This document shows positions 24,448 through 30,446 of a stretch of DNA of 30,446 nucleotides, one piece after another (positions within the stretch are counted from its first letter, which is position 1; each line of letters begins with the position of its first letter). The notes below the pieces were generated by a model that made no database searches, had not been told where the DNA came from, and saw only the letters and a list, made by a program, of their open reading frames with translations. The DNA is taken from positions 1 through 30,446 of IMG/VR virus record IMGVR_UViG_3300043403_000016. One strand, written 5' to 3'. Origin of the DNA: a virus (lineage: Duplodnaviria > Caudoviricetes). A program made the translations under genes and the position numbers.

Positions 24448-24575
24448 AGATGAACGCCTTCAAGGGTGCAACCGCATGGGAGGGCTACATTGGCCGTCTC
24501 TGGTGGCGCATCCCGTTCTGGACCTACCTGCGACTGGGCATCCGCCCGACCGTCGGCTGGGAGCGGGACGACTGA
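24444..24575 (+). CDS. small Trp-rich protein, 43 aa (MKMNAFKGATAWEGYIGRLWWRIPFWTYLRLGIRPTVGWERDD), absent from the ORF track
   Basis: ATGA overlap with the upstream stop; fills the gap exactly, ending 2 nt from the convergent MuF stop. Confidence 0.55.
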   Translation: MKMNAFKGATAWEGYIGRLWWRIPFWTYLRLGIRPTVGWERDD

Positions 24576-24577
24576 TC

Positions 24578-25936
24578 TCAGGTCGTGGGGGTGAGGTCTA
24601 CGACGTAGGCGACCGTGCAGCGGCAGTTGGGCTGGTGAGGGGGGAACATCACCCCCTGCCCGCCGACCATGAAAGGCTCATTGAACCCCCGGACCTGCCC
24701 GGCTGCCCCCCGGTGATCGGGCCGCACGCGGTCGTCTTTCGCGGTCACCCAGCGCCGCTTGATCTGAGCCTCATCCAGCGCGCCCGTGTCTTGGATGGCC
24801 TGCCTCCAGCCCTCGTATGACCCAAGGTTGGCCGCGCGCAGGGCTTCCGTCCGGGCGATCACCATGCTGCGGTGCTTGATGTAGCGTTCGTTGTAGCGGG
24901 TCTTCATCAGCGCCGCCTTGCCCTGCAGGGCTGCCTTGGCCTTGGCCAGCGCCACGGGGTCGCCCGCCTGCTCTGCCGCGATCACGTCGAACAGGTAGGG
25001 GTCCAGCGTCTTGTCGCGCAGACGCCACTTCCACATGCGGTCGATGGGGTTGCCGTCGGCATCGATCCGGAAGGCGTTTTCCCCGGCTTGGGTCCGAGGG
25101 TCTGCCACGAATCCGATGGGCTTGCTGTCGCCGACGAGCGTTCCCGCCGACCGGCTGATCTTGCCCCAGCGCCGACCTTCCTTCATCTCGCGCGCCGTGA
25201 AGCCCAGTTGCTGGGCCAGCTTCGGATTCGACGCCTGCAGATCTGCGATGTCCTTCGCGGTGTAGAGCCCCCAGCTTTTCCCTGACCGCATCCCCTCTGC
25301 CACGATCCTGTCGATGTCGTCTGCGAAGCTGGCGACGTGGCCTTGCTGCGACGCGGTGAGGGGCAGCCCCACCTTGATCTTGCGTGCGGTCGTCCGGGGG
25401 TTCTCGCCCGCGATCAGCCCTGCCCGGACCTGCGCCATGATCCCCTCTCGCGCGGTCTGACTCATCTGCTGAATCAGGTTGCCCTGCCACGTCCGGGTGG
25501 CCGCGATGGTCTTGGGGTTGATCGGGTTGAAGCGGAAGCCTGCGCTCTCTGCCGTCTTGCCTTCGCCGTAGAAGGTGATCCCCGCTGCGCTGGCTGGCAT
25601 CGGGGCGTAACCGATGGGGATGGGCATCAGGCGCGCGCCTGCCGCCACCAGCTTGGCGTTCTCCTTGTAGGCTTTGATCGACGCCGCCTGAATGTCCGCC
25701 TCTGCCGCCGTGCCCGCCGCCACGACGATGGACGACAGGACCGCGATCATCTCAGGTGCCGCCGCCGCATAGAGTTTCTGGACGTAGCCGACCAGCCCCG
25801 CGACGTCGCCCTGCATGATGAAGGCTTCGATCTGGGCAAGGCTCGCGCTCGACTGCACCTTGGCAAGCATCGCCTCGATTGCCGCCGCAAGTGCAGGCTC
25901 GTATGCCTTCAGGACTTCGGCGAGTTTCGGGTCCAT
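24578..25936 (-). CDS. MuF / SPP1 gp7-family minor head (head morphogenesis) protein, 452 aa
   Basis: RSMVIARTE...KRRWVTAKDDRVRPDH...FNEPF...PPHQPNCRC signature; no C-terminal toxin extension. Confidence 0.9.
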   Translation of the reverse strand: MDPKLAEVLKAYEPALAAAIEAMLAKVQSSASLAQIEAFIMQGDVAGLVGYVQKLYAAAAPEMIAVLSSIVVAAGTAAEADIQAASIKAYKENAKLVAAGARLMPIPIGYAPMPASAAGITFYGEGKTAESAGFRFNPINPKTIAATRTWQGNLIQQMSQTAREGIMAQVRAGLIAGENPRTTARKIKVGLPLTASQQGHVASFADDIDRIVAEGMRSGKSWGLYTAKDIADLQASNPKLAQQLGFTAREMKEGRRWGKISRSAGTLVGDSKPIGFVADPRTQAGENAFRIDADGNPIDRMWKWRLRDKTLDPYLFDVIAAEQAGDPVALAKAKAALQGKAALMKTRYNERYIKHRSMVIARTEALRAANLGSYEGWRQAIQDTGALDEAQIKRRWVTAKDDRVRPDHRGAAGQVRGFNEPFMVGGQGVMFPPHQPNCRCTVAYVVDLTPTT

Positions 25937-26955
25937 CAGGGCTCCGGATCGGGCTCAGGCTCGTCTGCCGCAGGTGGCTGAGGAGCAGCGCCGTTTGCCC
26001 ATGCACTCCCCGACCAGTGAACGTTGAACATATTCCCCGTTCCCTCTGTAAACACCCGGAGGAGGTCACCTTCAGCCCATGCCGTCTGCCCTTGACCCAC
26101 GTCACCGAAACTATCAAGCACGGAAAGGAAGACCCCCATGAGGTGCCCGTGCGCCGCACGAAGCTGCCACCGCCCATCCGCATTCCGGGTCAAGGTGATG
26201 CCCGCACGAGGCACGATGTCGGTCCAAGGAAGGTCAGACGGGTAGGTTGCCTCAAACCCGAAAACCTCGCCTGTCGGATCATTGAAGGCATAAAACCGGG
26301 ACGCTCCGGAGTTCGCATCGGGCGCGGGAAGTTCCGGTTGCGTATTGGGACCGCCCTGCCCGGCAATCGTCAAGCCATTCTCCGCGAAGAAGACGTGCAT
26401 GTTCGGCGGGCCTACCATCAGGCACCTGTTGCGCGGCGATCCGGCATCCGCGTCCGCCGTGAAGGCCACCGCCGTGAACAGGCCGTTGACGACGGGAAGG
26501 CCGTCCGACCGAACGACAGCCCACGTCTCCGGGCGCGGAGGCGCTACGAAAACATCGATCACCACTCGCTTGCCTGTCGCATCCTCCACCCAAGGATCGA
26601 CCTGCCACCAGCCGCCGTAATCCACACTCACGATGCCGGGCTCGGCAAGGGGGATGGGGTCTGCCCAGCTTCCCTCTGCCCAAAGATACGGCGGGACGCC
26701 ACCGGAAATGCTGTAGAAAACTTCTTGCCGCTCCATGCGGACGACAGCGATGGTCAAATCCTCGCTGCCCCCACCGCCGCCCTCGCCCCTCAGCCGGGTG
26801 TCAAGCGCCGCCGTGCCCATCCGGTGCGGGATGGCCGCGTCGCGCGACACCTTACGCCCCATCGACATGTCGACCGTCGCGTCTGTGGTCTCCGAAAGAC
26901 GGCGCATGGCATCGACCCATTGCCGCGATCCGGGGTGAATGCGCCCCGATGCCAT
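25936..26955 (-). CDS. hypothetical beta-rich virion-type protein (339 aa) with a shared N-terminal module
   Basis: Start at ATG 26955 (MASGRIHPG; GAGGGGG RBS); first ~55 aa paralogous to 26966..27679. Confidence 0.7.
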   Translation of the reverse strand: MASGRIHPGSRQWVDAMRRLSETTDATVDMSMGRKVSRDAAIPHRMGTAALDTRLRGEGGGGGSEDLTIAVVRMERQEVFYSISGGVPPYLWAEGSWADPIPLAEPGIVSVDYGGWWQVDPWVEDATGKRVVIDVFVAPPRPETWAVVRSDGLPVVNGLFTAVAFTADADAGSPRNRCLMVGPPNMHVFFAENGLTIAGQGGPNTQPELPAPDANSGASRFYAFNDPTGEVFGFEATYPSDLPWTDIVPRAGITLTRNADGRWQLRAAHGHLMGVFLSVLDSFGDVGQGQTAWAEGDLLRVFTEGTGNMFNVHWSGSAWANGAAPQPPAADEPEPDPEP

Positions 26956-26965
26956 GCTGTCCCCC

Positions 26966-27679
26966 TCAGTTTCCGGTTTCCCAAGGCCGCGCCCCGTCGA
27001 AATAGGCCACCAGCCATTCCCGCTTGCCCGCAAGCGTCATGCGATCCCAGCCCGATCCGCCGCAGTCGACGCCCTGTGCCTCTGCCCAGCCGTCGATCTC
27101 GGCATGTCCGGTCATTGCATCCCACGGGAAGCTGGCCGTCGGCTCAGGCTCCGACCGGCCCGGAGACCAGACCCCCGGTGGAGAGGACTCCCCATTCATA
27201 AGAGCAGGGGCCGGGCCGACATTCAGGATCGTCTTGCGAAGATCACCAGCCTGCTCCGACGTGTAAACGCGCCTTGCGTTCGACGGCTGGCCTTCGGCTG
27301 CAATGAGGGGGATTACCGGAAACACTATGGGCCCACCGATCTGGCTGAAACCAGTTTCCGTATCGTCGCCAAAGCGAACAAGTCCTGTCGAAAGAATTTC
27401 GACCACCCCGTGAGTGACGAAGTTTCCGCCGCCCATATCGATGCGCGCATATCCTCTGACGAAAACCCAGTCAGCAGGATTGTTCCAGCCGTCATCACCG
27501 GGGTCGCCACCCGCATCCCGCAGCCGCTGGTCCAGCGCGATGCTGCCCACGACGTGCGGCTTGCGTGCCATCCGCGCTGCCTTGCGACCCATGCTCTGGT
27601 CGATCCCCGGATCAGATAACCCCTGCAGGCTCCGCATCGCTTCGGTCCACGCCTTCGTTCCCGGCCTGATTCTGCTCAT
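26966..27679 (-). CDS. hypothetical protein (237 aa) with a shared N-terminal module
   Basis: GAGGG RBS; N-terminal paralogy with the downstream gene; short helical C-terminal segment. Confidence 0.7.
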   Translation of the reverse strand: MSRIRPGTKAWTEAMRSLQGLSDPGIDQSMGRKAARMARKPHVVGSIALDQRLRDAGGDPGDDGWNNPADWVFVRGYARIDMGGGNFVTHGVVEILSTGLVRFGDDTETGFSQIGGPIVFPVIPLIAAEGQPSNARRVYTSEQAGDLRKTILNVGPAPALMNGESSPPGVWSPGRSEPEPTASFPWDAMTGHAEIDGWAEAQGVDCGGSGWDRMTLAGKREWLVAYFDGARPWETGN

Positions 27680-27845
27680 CGGTCTGTCCCTCTACGGTGG
27701 CGAAACCTTCTGCCACGAGCCTCTCGATTATCCACGACTTTAGCAAAAGCGACATGTTCGTTCCATGGAAAAGCGCCGCCTTCTCTATGGCGTCCCGCAG
27801 GCTGCTCTCTGCCCGGAAGGCCACGGTCTTGCCGGTGGGGGTCAT
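27612..27845 (-). CDS. ribbon-helix-helix (CopG/Arc-like) DNA-binding protein, 77 aa
   Basis: Start at ATG 27845 (ATGA overlap); KTVAFRAESSLRDAIEKAALFHGTNMSLLLKSWIIERL fits strand-helix-G-x-S-helix. Confidence 0.65.
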   Translation of the reverse strand: MTPTGKTVAFRAESSLRDAIEKAALFHGTNMSLLLKSWIIERLVAEGFATVEGQTDEQNQAGNEGVDRSDAEPAGVI

Positions 27846-28876
27846 GGAGGGCCCCCACGCTTCGTCTTGCGGGCCGTGGCAGGGGTTGCGGGCTTGCCGC
27901 TTGCCACCATGCCCCCAAACCCACCCGCCGCCAGCAGCCCCCACGGGGCGCTCGGGTCGGTCGATATCGCGGGCTTCTCGCTGGTCTTCGTCTTGGCGAT
28001 CCACGTCGATCCGAGAAACAGCGCCAGATCGCCGCGCTGGTAGGTTTGCTTCTCGACGTAGGGCCCCCGGAAGTCGCGCGGCATCAGGGGTGCATCTGCC
28101 GCGTCCGGATTCAGCAGCCGCTCTGCCGCCTTGACCATGTCGGTGTGCAGCGCCGCCGTCTCGCTCTCGAAGGTCTCGCGCGTCGCGTCCAGATCGGCGA
28201 CGGCTTTCGCGACGGGCTCCATGATGCGCGCGGTCGCTTCGACCACCGATGCGGTGACAGCGTCTGACAGCTTTGACAGTTCGCCTTCCAGCCGTTCGTC
28301 CGTCGAGTTGCTTTTTTCTGCAAGTCGTTTCAGGAGGTCGCCCTCAAGGGCCGCGACGGCGAGGTTGGCCGCGCCGCGCGCCCGGTCTTCGGTCGTCTGT
28401 TGCAGGTCTGCGATCTGCTTGCCGATCACGGTGGCCAGATGCAGCATGCCCTCGCTCTGCCGCTCCAGCGCCGCCGCTGCCCGCCGCAGGTCGCCCTCAG
28501 CCTTGCCGATGGCAATCAGTTCCTCTGCCGCCTGCCTGCGCTGTTTGGTCAGCCGGGCCATGTCTGCGGTGATCTCTGCCTGCACGGCGCGGATGGCGTC
28601 AAGGTCCACAGCCGCCAGTTTCTTGTCGATCTCCGTCAGATGTTCTGTGACCTGCACCAGCGTCCGGTCCTGCATCCGGCTGTCGACCAGCAGGTCGGCC
28701 TTGATGTCTGCGGCTGCCTTGCGGACTTCCTCGCCCGTCAGGCGCAGGGCTGCCTCGCGCACGCCTGTGGCAAAGGCCGTAATCTGACGGTCGGCCTCTG
28801 ACTTGGCGACGTCGGTCGCGGTCTTCTCGACCCTCTCGCGCAGCGCCTTGCCGAAGTCTCTTGCTTCAATGCCCAT
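27842..28876 (-). CDS. coiled-coil head-associated protein with a small C-terminal beta domain (CBM5/12-like motif)
   Basis: Heptad-rich body; FRGPY...TYQRGDLA...GSTWIA...KP...WGLLA C-terminus; overlaps the portal stop. Confidence 0.65.
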   Translation of the reverse strand: MGIEARDFGKALRERVEKTATDVAKSEADRQITAFATGVREAALRLTGEEVRKAAADIKADLLVDSRMQDRTLVQVTEHLTEIDKKLAAVDLDAIRAVQAEITADMARLTKQRRQAAEELIAIGKAEGDLRRAAAALERQSEGMLHLATVIGKQIADLQQTTEDRARGAANLAVAALEGDLLKRLAEKSNSTDERLEGELSKLSDAVTASVVEATARIMEPVAKAVADLDATRETFESETAALHTDMVKAAERLLNPDAADAPLMPRDFRGPYVEKQTYQRGDLALFLGSTWIAKTKTSEKPAISTDPSAPWGLLAAGGFGGMVASGKPATPATARKTKRGGPP

Positions 28877-30365
28877 CGAATCCCTCCAGAATCGCTGCGA
28901 GCCCGAGGGACTTCACGACGTCTTCGGCTGTCGTGCTTTTGTCATTGGTCGGGTCGTCATTGGTCGGGTCGTCATCGACCTGATCATCCGGCACCGGGCT
29001 GCCCACGGGAGGATCCTCGCCCGGGGCTGACGGGCCTGTCGGGGCGAAGTCTTCCATGTCCTCTGCCTCGGGTGCGGGAGGCAGGTCCGCCTTCGCCCGC
29101 AGCAGGTCTCCCAGCACCTTGTCGCCCGCCAAGTTGTAGCCGACGTCTGCAAGGGTCTTGACGTAGGAGGCGAGGGACGTGAGGTCTTCCGGCTCAAGGT
29201 CGCCCGGCTGCGCATGCGGGCGCAGGTCAGGGTCCAAGCCGTTGATGCGCCAAATCTGGGGGATGAGGGTTTCGTTGATCTGGGCTGCGATGTGGTGGAG
29301 GTAGGCACGCATCGCGACACCGAAGGTCTGCACCTTGGACTGCCCCAGCGCCAGCGATCCGCCGCCCGTCGCCCCGAGGAAGATGAAATCGGCCATGACC
29401 GACCGGGCGATGTCGCGCTGGTAGCGGTTGATGCTTTCGTCGATCCGCAGGGCGCGGCTGCCGCCCGACGAGATCAGGCTGAATTCGTAGAACGGGTTGC
29501 CCTTTTCGTCGCGGTCGGAGGGGAGCAGGACGCCCTCTTGCTCGTCGCGTCGCACGTTCTTGAGGAAGGTCTCGTAGCTGGCGCGGACGGCGGCTGCCTT
29601 GGGGTCCGCCTCGACGTCCAGCACCTGACTCGGCACCTTCAGGACGGGGTAGCCCGCGAGGTCGCGCTCAATGCCGATTCCCTCGATTTCCTGCAGCCGC
29701 TTCAGGAAGTAATACGACCTGTAGGCCGACCGGAGGCTCGCCCGTCCCTCTGGGTTGTCCAGTTCGGCGGTGGTGCGGAAGTGCAGGCAGCGCCGAATCG
29801 GGACGGTGACCATCGGGCCGTTGCTGGGCATCTGGACGAAGCCCAGCAGGTTTTCGTCGTCATCGTAGACCCAGCGTTCGATGGTGCGCTGCGAGCGGTT
29901 GGCGATGGCGCGCGGTGCCCAGAGCCCGTCATCGAAGTCCGACGAAAGCCATGGCTGGGTGACGTTCACCCCCTTGCGCTTTTTCCACAGAATCTCGCAG
30001 ACCGCGAACCCGTAGGTGAACATGGAGCAGGCCGTGTCGATCACTTCGGGAAAGGTCTGTTGCATGTCGCTGACGAGCATGTCCTCGACCAGCTTGGCTG
30101 CCTCGACCGACGCTTCGTCGTCCGGGTCCGTCGGCAGAAAGGTCCACTTGACCGACCGGAGCAGCATCGTGATCGCGAACAGGATTGCGCCCGCCGTCGA
30201 GTCGCCGTTCGCCATTTCGAAGTAGGTTTGCCGCCCTGTCCGCCCGACCAGATCGCGCTGGAATTCTTCGCGGATGTAGCCTGAATAGTTCCGGAGACCT
30301 GTCGTCCCGATCCGGGTCATCAGGGGGTAGGTTTTCTTGGCTTCGGCTTCGTTGAAGTCTGCCAT
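28866..30365 (-). CDS. portal protein (DUF935-like), 499 aa
   Basis: IGTTGL...GYIREEF, YGFAVCEI, NPEGRASLRSAY, EGIGIERDLAGYP, INRY...IARSV.A.F, GSLALG; GAGG RBS. Confidence 0.9.
   Translation of the reverse strand: MADFNEAEAKKTYPLMTRIGTTGLRNYSGYIREEFQRDLVGRTGRQTYFEMANGDSTAGAILFAITMLLRSVKWTFLPTDPDDEASVEAAKLVEDMLVSDMQQTFPEVIDTACSMFTYGFAVCEILWKKRKGVNVTQPWLSSDFDDGLWAPRAIANRSQRTIERWVYDDDENLLGFVQMPSNGPMVTVPIRRCLHFRTTAELDNPEGRASLRSAYRSYYFLKRLQEIEGIGIERDLAGYPVLKVPSQVLDVEADPKAAAVRASYETFLKNVRRDEQEGVLLPSDRDEKGNPFYEFSLISSGGSRALRIDESINRYQRDIARSVMADFIFLGATGGGSLALGQSKVQTFGVAMRAYLHHIAAQINETLIPQIWRINGLDPDLRPHAQPGDLEPEDLTSLASYVKTLADVGYNLAGDKVLGDLLRAKADLPPAPEAEDMEDFAPTGPSAPGEDPPVGSPVPDDQVDDDPTNDDPTNDKSTTAEDVVKSLGLAAILEGFDGH
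28941..28970. repeat. 15-bp tandem repeat x2 in the portal acidic tail (DDPTN)
   Basis: gtcattggtcgggtc repeated directly. Confidence 0.85.
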
Positions 30366-30446
30366 GCGTTAAACGCCTCGCACCTGTGCCCTGATCTTTG
30401 CGGCACCATAGCGCAGCTTGCCACCTTTGGACAAGCCGTCCGGTTG

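Noticed and set aside
11194-30377. Recurring GTTAAACG word at ~11195-11203 (reverse orientation), ~18066 and ~30368, as a possible CtrA-type or late-regulator site
   Set aside because: No TTAA-N7-TTAA pair; two copies coincide with actual or likely TAA stop codons; orientation is inconsistent
30369-30446. Possible 3' end of the terminase large subunit (open frame QPDGLSKGG...VRGV*)
   Set aside because: Only 25 codons with no terminase motif; the stretch could equally be a promoter region (TTGTCC-N18-TATGGT)

Overview
This window is the head-to-tail morphogenesis region of a long-tailed (siphovirus-type) phage or prophage. It is high-GC and almost entirely on the - strand. An alphaproteobacterial host is only inferred, from GC content and one CTTGAC-N17-CTATCT promoter. 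Gene order read from the right end: portal; coiled-coil protein; RHH protein; two paralogs with a shared N-terminal module; MuF (SPP1 gp7-like); a 3-gene + strand island with its own promoter; a ~1600-aa multidomain enzyme; a 178-aa unknown; XkdF-like prohead protease; protease-tail/scaffold; capsid cement; major capsid; SAP-like protein; neck and terminator proteins; tail tube; chaperone with -1 frameshift; tape measure; DUF1833; NlpC/P60; TipJ; gpM/Dit-like; tail fibre; three paralogous small fibre-tip proteins; and the start of a membrane protein. The standout is the giant head-module protein. It strings together an Acb1-like 2H phosphodiesterase, a Nudix hydrolase, a HipA/PI3-PI4K-like kinase and an R-S-E ADP-ribosyltransferase. 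The N-terminal domains are separated by a repeated 'W..QPR....GG.W..GG.GSGGW' motif and by hydrophobic-x-Lys sites, which also recur in the scaffold and capsid N-terminus. I propose, as inference, a virion-packaged, protease-processed anti-defence/host-takeover polyprotein. All domain calls come from reading motifs by eye; no searches were run. No integrase, replication or clear lysis genes are in the window, so lifestyle cannot be determined.
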